This document shows, piece after piece, positions 18,887-27,320 of a stretch of 64,000 bases of DNA. A program made the translations under genes and the position numbers. The notes beneath the pieces were generated by a model. That model did not search any database and was not told where the DNA came from. It saw only the letters and a program-made list of their open reading frames with translations. Source of the stretch: Caloramator sp. (GTDB taxonomy: Bacteria > Bacillota > Clostridia > Clostridiales > Caloramatoraceae); assembly GCA_026416875.1 (NCBI GenBank), contig JAOAEI010000001.1, forward strand, positions 16-64,015, in the 5' to 3' direction. Numbering within the stretch: position 1 is the stretch's first letter; each line of letters begins with the position of its first letter.

Positions 18887-20638
18887 GTGGAAGGTTTAAA
18901 ATTTGCAATAGATATAGGGACAAGAACGGTTATAGGGGTTGCTTATTGTGTTGAAGAAGGGAAAACAAAAATAATGGATGTAGAAATAGAAGAACATAAA
19001 AAAAGATCTATGTTTGATGGACAAGTTCACGATATTGCAGCAGTTTCAGAGGTTGTTTTAAAGGTTAAAAGTAAATTGGAGGAAAAGTTAGACACGAAGA
19101 TTGAAAAAGTTTCGATTGCAGCGGCAGGTAGGACTCTTAAGACATGTAAGTATAGGCTTGATAAACACTTTGAAGCTAATACCTTTATTGATAAGGATAT
19201 TATTAGCCAAATCGAAATGGAGGCCCTTCAGGGTGCTTATAATTTGATGGAGAAGGGTGATTCTGAGGAAGAATTCTATTGCGTAGGTTATAGCGTTGTG
19301 AATTATTATCTAAATGATTATATTATAACATCTTTAGAGGGACATAAAGCTAATAAAATTTCTGTTGAAATACTTGCAAGTTTTTTACCAAGATCAGTTG
19401 TTGATAGTCTATATGAGGTTATAAGTAGATGTAATATGACGGTTGAAAACTTAACATTGGAACCAATTGCTGCTATGAATGCTATAATACCTAAGGATTT
19501 AAGGCTTTTAAATTTAGCTCTTGTGGACATAGGAGCTGGAACTTCCGATATTGCGATTACAAAGGATGGGACTGTTGTTGGATTTGGAATGGTTCCCTTT
19601 GCAGGAGATGAGATTACAGAGGCTATATGTCATTATTTAGTTGTGGATTTTAATACAGGTGAGAAAATTAAGATGGAGATGGGGGCAAAGAAAAAGGAGA
19701 TAAAATATGTAGATGTTTTAGGAAATAAAAAGACCATAAAGAAAGAAGAGCTTCAGGAAGCGATAAGAGATGTTGTAGGCAGTATGGGAAGGCTGATTTG
19801 TGAAAAAATAATTGAACTAAATGGGAAATCCCCTAATGCTGTTTTTTTAGTAGGAGGAGGTAGCAAAGTAGACGGAATATCGGAATATATATCCCATCAA
19901 TTAAATCTTCCAAAGGAAAGGGTTGTAGTTAAAGGCCTTGAAGCTGTCAAAGGAATTGTTAACTTGAGCAAGAAAAAGCTTGGACCTGAGGGAATAACTC
20001 CAATAGGTATTGCTTTAACTTCAACTAGTGCAAATACTTTTGTTAAAGTTAAAGTTAATGGTAAAGAGGTAAAACTTTATGGTGGCAGGAAAATGAAGGT
20101 TTCAGATTGTTTAGCTCAGGCAGGATTAAGTTCTTTAAAATTGTTTGGAAGAAGCGGAAGAAGCTTAAACTTTAAGTTAAATGGGGAGCCAAAAAAGATA
20201 TACGGTGGTAATCCAACTCAAGGATTAATATTGCTTAATGGTGAATTAGCAAACATAATGGCTGAGGTTAAAGATGGGGATGAAATTATCGTTAGAGAAG
20301 CAGTAGATGGCAAAGATGCAAAGGTTTTAATAAAAGAACTTGTAAAGGATGGTCAAGCTGCTTATGTAAATTCAAAATTAGTTGATTTAAATTATGAAAT
20401 AAAAGATGGAGATGAGGTAACAATAATAGATAAAGAAAATTTTATTAAAGTTAAAGTAAACGGCAGAGAAATAAAGTTAGAAAATAAAGAGGATGGCTAT
20501 ATTTTTATAGATATCTTTAATTACATAGATTTTGATGTAAAAAGTGTAAGAAATGTTAAACTCCTTCTTAATGGAAGGCAGGCATCCTATACAGATAGGA
20601 TATATAATGGGGATGAAATAGAAATACAATTTACTTAA
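18887..20638 (+). CDS. FtsA-like actin-fold ATPase with C-terminal beta-grasp (ThiS/MoaD-like) repeats
   Basis: IDIGTR, LEPIAA, VDIGAGTSDI, LVGGGSK; repeated V(K)VNG...(K/N)GDE(I/V) units at the C-terminus. Confidence 0.8.
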   Translation: MEGLKFAIDIGTRTVIGVAYCVEEGKTKIMDVEIEEHKKRSMFDGQVHDIAAVSEVVLKVKSKLEEKLDTKIEKVSIAAAGRTLKTCKYRLDKHFEANTFIDKDIISQIEMEALQGAYNLMEKGDSEEEFYCVGYSVVNYYLNDYIITSLEGHKANKISVEILASFLPRSVVDSLYEVISRCNMTVENLTLEPIAAMNAIIPKDLRLLNLALVDIGAGTSDIAITKDGTVVGFGMVPFAGDEITEAICHYLVVDFNTGEKIKMEMGAKKKEIKYVDVLGNKKTIKKEELQEAIRDVVGSMGRLICEKIIELNGKSPNAVFLVGGGSKVDGISEYISHQLNLPKERVVVKGLEAVKGIVNLSKKKLGPEGITPIGIALTSTSANTFVKVKVNGKEVKLYGGRKMKVSDCLAQAGLSSLKLFGRSGRSLNFKLNGEPKKIYGGNPTQGLILLNGELANIMAEVKDGDEIIVREAVDGKDAKVLIKELVKDGQAAYVNSKLVDLNYEIKDGDEVTIIDKENFIKVKVNGREIKLENKEDGYIFIDIFNYIDFDVKSVRNVKLLLNGRQASYTDRIYNGDEIEIQFT

Positions 20639-20654
20639 AACTTGACCAAATAAT

Positions 20655-20682
20655 GGAACAAAATTAAAAAAATGCTGTCTAA
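20655..20682 (+). promoter_or_regulatory. ECF-sigma type promoter
   Basis: GGAAC-N17-GTCTAA. Confidence 0.5.
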
Positions 20683-20714
20683 TTAGGTGAAGATGAAACA
20701 AAGAGGTGAAAAAA

Positions 20715-22595
20715 ATGAGGCTCCCCATACGACTGAGAAACTTCATAATTATAATGATTATAATTCTGCTTTTTCCTATTGTAGTTTTTGCAAATGCAAC
20801 ATATAAAGATATTAAAGTAAAGCTGGCAGTTCAAAATAGTCCCGCGCTTCCAACAGTAGGAAGTTATGAAAATTTCATAAAAATACTAGATAAATCCGAA
20901 AAAATAAAGCCCTTCTACAAATTAACCTTCTCAACAGATGAAAGAGCTTTGAAAACAACTTCTGCAGATTATTCTAATACAAATGTTCAAGTAGAGGGTG
21001 TGGATGAATCAGATATTGTAAAAACAGATGGGGAATATATTTATCAAGTTAATAATGAGAGATTGTTGATAGTTAAAGCTTATCCTGCTGAAGAAATGCA
21101 AGTTGTAAGTCAAATCAAATATGACCTTGGTGCATTTTATCCTAGTGATTTATATGTCTATAAAAACAATTTAGTAGTAATAGGTAGAAAATACGTTAAT
21201 ATTAGAAAAGAAGGAAACTCAATAGAAAGCGGAAAAATAATTACTAACGTAATTAGATCTATAATAATTACCAAACCAATAACAAAGGTTTTGGTCTATG
21301 ATATAAGCAACAAAAAGGGTATTAAGATAAAAAGGACTATTGAGGTCGATGGAGATTATTTGACATCCAGGATGATTAATTCTAAATTTTATATGATAAC
21401 TAATAAATATATTTATGACTATAGAGCTAGTAAAGATATAAAACCTATGTATAAAGATAGCGTTTATAGAGCAGGAAGAGAAAATGAAATAGACTTTAAG
21501 GATATAAAATATTTTCCAGGATATGTCGAACCTAATTATATTTTGATTTCTACCTTTGACGTTATGAAGGATGATAGGGCGGATATTCAGGCATATTTAG
21601 GTTCAGGTCAAAATGTCTATGCTTCATTAAATAACATTTATGTTGCAGTAAGCGAATATAGTTATTTAAATAACAATACTATAATTTACAAGTTTAATAT
21701 AAAGGATGGAGTAAGATATACAAATAGTGCGAAGATTCAAGGAAGCCTTTTAAATCAATTTTCAATGGATGAATATGATGGTTATTTTAGAGTCGCTACC
21801 ACTAGTTTTTCAAGCACTATAGGTGGTAAAACATCTAATAATTTATATATTCTTGATGAAAATATGAATCTTGTTGGAAAGCTTGAAGGATTAGCTGAAG
21901 GTGAAAATATAAAATCGGTAAGGTTTTTAAAGGATAAGATATATTTGGTAACCTATAAAAATATTGATCCATTATTTGTGATTGATGCATCTAACCCAAA
22001 AGAGCCAAAGGTATTAGGATATCTTAAAATCCCAGGATTTAGCACTTATCTACATCCATATGATGAAAACCATATTATAGGCTTTGGAGTAAATACAAAG
22101 GATGTAGAGATAAAAGGCTATGATGGTAAACCTATGACAGTAACCATAGAAAGCGGTTTAAAACTTTCTTTATTTGATGTTACTGATTTTGAAAATCCCA
22201 AGGAACAGAATACAATTGTAATAGGAGGCCGAGGAAGTTATTCAGAACTTTTATATAATCATAAGGCGCTGCTCTTCTCAAAAGAAAAGGACATATTTGC
22301 CTTCCCTGTTACTGTATTTGAAAATGTCGATTCAGATAAACCTTTTGATTATGGAAAGTTTAATTTTCAGGGAGTTTATATATATGGCATAGATGTAGAA
22401 AGAGGATTAAAGTTAAAGGGAGCAATTACCCATATAACAAAGTTTACTGATGACAAATATAGAGGATTTGATTACAATGAAGCAATTCACAGAATGATAT
22501 ATATAAACGATGTAATATATACCATTTCCAATAAGTATATAAAGGCCAGCGACATTAATACCTTTGAAGAAATTAATAATATTGAATTAAAATAA
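20715..22595 (+). CDS. secreted beta-propeller domain protein (Beta_propel family)
   Basis: Signal peptide ending VFA; YSNTNVQVEGVDESDIVKTDG, LNQFSMDE, DPLFVID, LKIPGFSTYLHP. Confidence 0.85.
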   Translation: MRLPIRLRNFIIIMIIILLFPIVVFANATYKDIKVKLAVQNSPALPTVGSYENFIKILDKSEKIKPFYKLTFSTDERALKTTSADYSNTNVQVEGVDESDIVKTDGEYIYQVNNERLLIVKAYPAEEMQVVSQIKYDLGAFYPSDLYVYKNNLVVIGRKYVNIRKEGNSIESGKIITNVIRSIIITKPITKVLVYDISNKKGIKIKRTIEVDGDYLTSRMINSKFYMITNKYIYDYRASKDIKPMYKDSVYRAGRENEIDFKDIKYFPGYVEPNYILISTFDVMKDDRADIQAYLGSGQNVYASLNNIYVAVSEYSYLNNNTIIYKFNIKDGVRYTNSAKIQGSLLNQFSMDEYDGYFRVATTSFSSTIGGKTSNNLYILDENMNLVGKLEGLAEGENIKSVRFLKDKIYLVTYKNIDPLFVIDASNPKEPKVLGYLKIPGFSTYLHPYDENHIIGFGVNTKDVEIKGYDGKPMTVTIESGLKLSLFDVTDFENPKEQNTIVIGGRGSYSELLYNHKALLFSKEKDIFAFPVTVFENVDSDKPFDYGKFNFQGVYIYGIDVERGLKLKGAITHITKFTDDKYRGFDYNEAIHRMIYINDVIYTISNKYIKASDINTFEEINNIELK

Positions 22596-22619
22596 GGCAC
22601 TTCTGAAGTGCCTTATTTT
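22590..22619 (+). terminator. intrinsic terminator
   Basis: AAAATAAGGCACTT-CTG-AAGTGCCTTATTTT. Confidence 0.8.
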
Positions 22620-22620
22620 G

Positions 22621-22649
22621 TTGACTTAATTTTACAATATTGATATAAA
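22621..22649 (+). promoter_or_regulatory. SigA-type promoter of the nucleosidase/radical SAM pair
   Basis: TTGACT-N17-TATAAA with extended TG. Confidence 0.5.
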
Positions 22650-22667
22650 TAATTTTGGGTGATGATT

Positions 22668-23471
22668 ATGATTTTGATGCAGTGTGCTCTATATGCTGAG
22701 GCTAAGCCCTTAATTGAAAGGTTTAGACTCAAGAAAAACATGAAGGAAAATCATTTTGAAGTCTTTGAAGGAGATAATGTAAAACTTATCATATCCGGAT
22801 ATGGGAAAATAAATGCGGCAACAGCAGCAGTTTATTTTATTACGAAGAATAATTTAGAATGCGAAGCCTTTGTTAACATAGGAATTGCAGGAAGTTTAAA
22901 AAGAAAAATAAAAGATGCAGTTTTAATAAATAAACTTGTCGATAAAGATACAGGAAGGAGTTTTTATCCTGATATATTAATAAAACATTCTTTCAATGAA
23001 GGGACTCTTGAGACTTTTTCTAAAGTAGTTATAAAAGATATAGTAGAAGATTTGTGCGATATGGAGGGCAGTGCATTATTTGAGGCCTTAAGCAAGTTTT
23101 TGCCCCCACATAAGGTTCAGGTTGTAAAAATTGTTTCTGACAATCTTGATGGGGAAAGATTAGATCAGGAATTTGTTTATGATATCATTCGGGAGAATAT
23201 AGATAAAGTTGAGGATTTTATTATAAAGCTTCAGAGGGCAAATAAAAGGGAAGAATTTTTGGATGAGAAGGATAAAAAAATATTACAGGTAATTTCACAA
23301 AATTTAAATTTAACAGAATTTCAAAAGAATGAGCTTTTAAAGCAATACATATCCTTTAAAATTAGAGGAGAAAATGTAGATGTTTTAATTCCTTTTTTAG
23401 AGGTTAAAGTAAAAACAAAAAATGAAGGGAAGATATATTATAATGAGATCATCAGAACTTTATCTAAATAG
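22668..23471 (+). CDS. nucleoside phosphorylase / MTA-SAH nucleosidase superfamily protein
   Basis: ALYAEA, SGYGKINAA, NIGIAGS, DMEG, KIVSD motifs; start may be 22659-22668. Confidence 0.75.
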   Translation: MILMQCALYAEAKPLIERFRLKKNMKENHFEVFEGDNVKLIISGYGKINAATAAVYFITKNNLECEAFVNIGIAGSLKRKIKDAVLINKLVDKDTGRSFYPDILIKHSFNEGTLETFSKVVIKDIVEDLCDMEGSALFEALSKFLPPHKVQVVKIVSDNLDGERLDQEFVYDIIRENIDKVEDFIIKLQRANKREEFLDEKDKKILQVISQNLNLTEFQKNELLKQYISFKIRGENVDVLIPFLEVKVKTKNEGKIYYNEIIRTLSK

Positions 23472-24438
23472 CTTTTCTCATGTATATATTGAAGGGGATG
23501 TTTTAGAGCATGGAAAATCAAAGGAAATACTAAACAAAATAAGAAATGGACAAATTATTCTTATAGATAACTATAAGGATGTATTTAATAGACCCAAACA
23601 AGATTTTTTGATGCAAAAGAAGAGCCAAAAGTTAATTCTAGCAAGAAAAAGAGATGAATTTTTATATAAGGGCTCTGAACTTTGTGAGAACTTTGGATAT
23701 AAAAATTTTTATTATGCATCAAATATTTTAAATTGCATTTATGATTGTGAGTATTGTTATTTAAGGGGGCTATATAATTCATCGAATGTTGTCATATTTG
23801 TAAATATTGAAGATTTTTTAAGTGCAATTGACGAAGAAACTAAGGATAAACAAATTTATGTTGCCCTTTCCTATGATTCTGATATATTAGCCTTTGAAGG
23901 TTTAACTGGCTTTTGCAAGGATTATATTGAATATGCAAAGAAGAATAAAAATGTCATCTTTGAGATAAGAACAAAAAGTTCAAACTTTAATTTTATAGCT
24001 CACCTTGATATTCCAGATAATATAATTTTGGCATGGACGATTTTGCCTGATGAAGTGATTAAGTTTTACGAAAATAAAACACCATCTTTAGATTTAAGGC
24101 TTAAGGATATAAAGATTGCTCAAGAAAAGGGGCTTGGGGTTAGGCTTTCTATTGAACCTATAATAAAGGTTAAGGAATTTGAGAAGATTTATAGTAATTT
24201 TATTAAAAAGGTGTTTACAAAACTTGACAAAAATCTTATTAGGGATATTAATGTTGGTGCCTTTAGAATGAGCAAGGAACATATAAAAAGAATAAGGAAA
24301 TTAAATCCTTATTCTAAAGTATTTTTGTATCAATTTGTTAACAAGAAAGAATATGTAAGTTATGATGATGAGGATTATTTAAGGGAATTTATAATATCTG
24401 AATTAAAAAAATACATTGAAGAAGAAAAAATTTATTGA
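23443..24438 (+). CDS. spore photoproduct lyase-like radical SAM protein
   Basis: CIYDCEYCYL (CxxxCxxC), VNIED, EIRTKS, TPSL..RL; overlaps the upstream gene. Confidence 0.8.
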   Translation: MRSSELYLNSFSHVYIEGDVLEHGKSKEILNKIRNGQIILIDNYKDVFNRPKQDFLMQKKSQKLILARKRDEFLYKGSELCENFGYKNFYYASNILNCIYDCEYCYLRGLYNSSNVVIFVNIEDFLSAIDEETKDKQIYVALSYDSDILAFEGLTGFCKDYIEYAKKNKNVIFEIRTKSSNFNFIAHLDIPDNIILAWTILPDEVIKFYENKTPSLDLRLKDIKIAQEKGLGVRLSIEPIIKVKEFEKIYSNFIKKVFTKLDKNLIRDINVGAFRMSKEHIKRIRKLNPYSKVFLYQFVNKKEYVSYDDEDYLREFIISELKKYIEEEKIY

Positions 24439-24710
24439 ACTAAATCAAAGGTATATGCCTTTCTTATGGGCCTTTTTACAATCCAAGTGCATTTGAGCCC
24501 CTTTGGGAAAGTTACGAGGGTGTTTTCGTCGATATGAACTTCTTCATAATCTGTTTTAACGATAACTTCGCCTTCAAATATGTAGCAGGTTTCAGTTTCG
24601 TCATACTCCCAATCGAATGTAGAAACATCGCAGCTCCATCTTCCCCATGTGTCGACTCCTAAGTTTTTTGCTTCTTCAAGGCTCATTTTTCTTGTTATTA
24701 TTTTTAGCAT
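24432..24710 (-). CDS. cupin domain protein (DUF861-like)
   Basis: WSCDVSTFDWEY, ETCYIFEGEV, FPKGLKCTW; RBS AGGAGG before ATG 24710. Confidence 0.85.
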   Translation of the reverse strand: MLKIITRKMSLEEAKNLGVDTWGRWSCDVSTFDWEYDETETCYIFEGEVIVKTDYEEVHIDENTLVTFPKGLKCTWIVKRPIRKAYTFDLVQ

Positions 24711-24768
24711 AATAAACACCTCCTTAAGTAATTTTATACTGCAAAAAAAATAATTTTTCAATACAATT

Positions 24769-24796
24769 AAAAAAGAAAAGGCTGCCTTAGGGCAGC
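24769..24796 (-). terminator. intrinsic terminator of the small ferredoxin-like gene
   Basis: GCTGCC-TTAG-GGCAGC hairpin with U-tail on the minus strand. Confidence 0.65.
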
Positions 24797-24797
24797 A

Positions 24798-24998
24798 TTA
24801 AACCATTTTTATAGCTCTGTGGGGACAAACTTGAACACATTTTCCACATCCTATACACTTGTTAGGATCGACCTTTGGTGTTGATGCACCGAAAAAACCT
24901 TTAACTTCTTGTGTTATAGCCCCTACAGGACAAATCCTTTTTGCAGGGCAGAATGGTGATCTATCGCATATATTAGGATCAACGAAAGCCTTCTTCAT
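24798..24998 (-). CDS. small 4Fe-4S binding protein
   Basis: CDRSPFCPAKRICP and CIGCGKCVQVCP. Confidence 0.85.
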   Translation of the reverse strand: MKKAFVDPNICDRSPFCPAKRICPVGAITQEVKGFFGASTPKVDPNKCIGCGKCVQVCPHRAIKMV

Positions 24999-25020
24999 AA
25001 ATCACACCTCCTATCAATTT

Positions 25021-25037
25021 ATACCCCAGGGGGGAAT
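25021..25037. promoter_or_regulatory. CsoR/CstR/RcnR-family operator
   Basis: ATACCCCAGGGGGGAAT (TAC, C-tract, G-tract pseudo-palindrome) 23 bp upstream of the 4Fe-4S gene. Confidence 0.55.
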
Positions 25038-25095
25038 GACAAAAATCATTATATAATACATGTTAAGAAAATGCAATACAAAAAAGGTGGTAACT

Positions 25096-26082
25096 ATGAA
25101 AAGAATTATTATTTTGTTAGTTATTTTTTTATTTTTAGGATTTGAGGATATAAAGGAAGTCAATATAAATGCTGTTGGAGATTGCACCTTTGGTAATTAT
25201 TATGGTCAGGATTATAAATATAGTTTTGACTATGTATTTGATATAAAGAAGGATTACTCTTATTTTTTTAAAAATGTTAGAGAACTGTTTAAAAATGATG
25301 ACTTAACCATTGCTAATCTTGAAGGTCCTCTTACAAATTCAAAGGACTTAAAATTTAAGAAGGATATAATCTCCTACAATTTTAAAGGCAAAAAGGAATA
25401 CGCAAGAATATTGAAGGAAGGATATGTTGATGTTGTTAACCTATCTAATAATCATGCATATGATTACGGGACAAATGGATACAAGGATACTTTAGAGGCG
25501 CTAAAGCTGAATTCCATAGATTGGTACGGGAATGGAAGGATTATTATCAAAAATGTAAAGGGAATTAAAATAGGAATTATAGGTTATAAATTATTTGGTT
25601 TAGAAAAATTAAACCTTAAAAGTTATAAATCTTCTCTACTGAAGGATGTTCAATGGGCAAGAAAAAACTGCGATTACTTGATAGTTACTTTTCATTGGGG
25701 TGAAGAAAACAGATATTATCCTAATAAAATCCAAAGGGAAATAGTCCGTTTTCTAATCGATAATGGTGTAGACTTAATTTTAGGCCATCATCCCCATGTC
25801 CTTCAGGGAATTGAATGTTACAAAGGCAAATATATTGCTTATAGCTTAGGGAACTTTTGCTATGGGGGGAATAAAAAACCCAAGGATTTTGATACAGTTA
25901 TTTTTAATGTAAAAATAAAATTCAGTTCACAAAATAAGATTTTGGGAACTGAAGTAAATATTGTTCCTTGCTCCATATCTTCAACAAAAAACATAAATGA
26001 TTATTGTCCAACAATATTAAATGGGCAAGAAAAAGAAAGGGTATTAAATAAGATTAAAAATTTATCTAAAGGTTTAAAGTAA
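25096..26082 (+). CDS. CapA/PGA_cap family metallophosphatase, exported
   Basis: VGDC, ANLEG, NNHAYDYG, HWG, GHHPHV, YSLGNF. Confidence 0.9.
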   Translation: MKRIIILLVIFLFLGFEDIKEVNINAVGDCTFGNYYGQDYKYSFDYVFDIKKDYSYFFKNVRELFKNDDLTIANLEGPLTNSKDLKFKKDIISYNFKGKKEYARILKEGYVDVVNLSNNHAYDYGTNGYKDTLEALKLNSIDWYGNGRIIIKNVKGIKIGIIGYKLFGLEKLNLKSYKSSLLKDVQWARKNCDYLIVTFHWGEENRYYPNKIQREIVRFLIDNGVDLILGHHPHVLQGIECYKGKYIAYSLGNFCYGGNKKPKDFDTVIFNVKIKFSSQNKILGTEVNIVPCSISSTKNINDYCPTILNGQEKERVLNKIKNLSKGLK

Positions 26083-26084
26083 TA

Positions 26085-26963
26085 TTAATTTCTCTGGGTT
26101 ATATAAACACCTACAATTATAAATAATGCATAAATTAGCTTAATAAATGAAATGCTTTCATGGAGAATGATTATAGAAAGGAAAATAGAGAATATAGGAA
26201 CTAAATTTACAAAGATAGATGTTTTTGATGGACCTATCTCCTTTATAGAAATCTGCTGAACTAAGTAGCCTATTACTGTTGGAAAAATTGCCATATATAT
26301 GACGGATAGAATGGCACTCATTGGAGTTTTAGCTAAATAGCTAAAAGGTTTTTCATAATAGACGAAGGGTATTAAAAATATTGAACAAAATAAAAAACTA
26401 TAAAAAGTAATTAGAAACGGATTAAAGAACACCATAATTTTTTTACTGAATACTGAGTAAATACCCCATAAAAGAACAGCAAAAATCATAAGAATATCTC
26501 CAAAATTAAATGAGAGCTTGACTAGATTAGCAAAACTTCCATTTGCAATAACTAAAGCTACTCCTAAAAAGGATAAGAATATTCCTAAAAGCCTTTTATA
26601 GCTTGGACTATCTTTTAGAATAATAACACTTAAAAGTGTTGTAATTATAGGATTAGAAGCAGCAATTAACGATGAGTTTATCGCTGTTGTATATCTCATT
26701 GCAATAAAAAATAAAACATGGTATCCAAACATCCCAACTATCCCTGTAAACAAAAAATAAGGGATGTCTTTTTTTGTTATTTTTAAATTTGCTTTAAAGC
26801 CATATTTTAAGATAAAGTATAAAATAATAGTTGCCATAGAAAATCTTAAGAAGGTTAGTGTAAAAGGAGGAATATATGAAGCAGAAAGTTTTGCAGCTAT
26901 AAATGCACCAGCCCAAAAGAAACATGATAATAGCATAAGTCCATAAATTGTTTTTGCCTTCAT
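26085..26963 (-). CDS. DMT/EamA family transporter
   Basis: About 10 TM helices, two EamA repeats (FWAG.F, LRF, IGPSKTS.F.NL.P). Confidence 0.9.
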   Translation of the reverse strand: MKAKTIYGLMLLSCFFWAGAFIAAKLSASYIPPFTLTFLRFSMATIILYFILKYGFKANLKITKKDIPYFLFTGIVGMFGYHVLFFIAMRYTTAINSSLIAASNPIITTLLSVIILKDSPSYKRLLGIFLSFLGVALVIANGSFANLVKLSFNFGDILMIFAVLLWGIYSVFSKKIMVFFNPFLITFYSFLFCSIFLIPFVYYEKPFSYLAKTPMSAILSVIYMAIFPTVIGYLVQQISIKEIGPSKTSIFVNLVPIFSIFLSIIILHESISFIKLIYALFIIVGVYITQRN

Positions 26964-27070
26964 TTAATCACCACCTATTACCATTTTTACAAAGCATTTT
27001 CATGATGTCAAATAAAAATTATAGGAAATAATATAATTAAAGCCATTTATTAAGGCTTAGGAGGGATATA

Positions 27071-27292
27071 ATGCTAAAGATCGTTAAGGTTTTGAGGGAT
27101 AATGAAGGCAATATAATTTCCTATGAACTAAACAATGGAGAGATAGTAAGCCAAAGTGAAGCTGCTCAAATGGTAAAGGAAGGCAAAATAAAGGGTGCCA
27201 TTTTAGGTGTTGACGAATATGGACATCCTGCAATCCATTCAGTTTTTGGCTCAAACAGGTTTGATGATGTTGAAAACTTACCTGAAGTATAA
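27071..27292 (+). CDS. DUF3892-like small protein
   Basis: IVKVLRD.EG.I..Y.L.NG ... EA..MV.EG.I.G ... NLPE. Confidence 0.65.
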   Translation: MLKIVKVLRDNEGNIISYELNNGEIVSQSEAAQMVKEGKIKGAILGVDEYGHPAIHSVFGSNRFDDVENLPEV

Positions 27293-27295
27293 ATT

Positions 27296-27319
27296 AAAAA
27301 GAGGGGAATTCCCCTCTTT
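27296..27319. terminator. bidirectional terminator
   Basis: AAAGAGGGG-AATT-CCCCTCTTT between convergent genes. Confidence 0.7.
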
Positions 27320-27320
27320 A

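Noticed and set aside
18887-20638. Calling the actin-fold ATPase the cell-division ftsA
   Set aside because: No ftsZ or dcw context, and it has extra C-terminal beta-grasp repeats instead of the amphipathic tail
23443-24438. Calling the radical SAM gene splB
   Set aside because: The Cys141-equivalent is missing, the promoter looks SigA-like, and it is coupled to a nucleosidase gene
25096-26082. Poly-gamma-glutamate capsule locus
   Set aside because: Only a CapA-family domain is present; capB and capC are absent from the window
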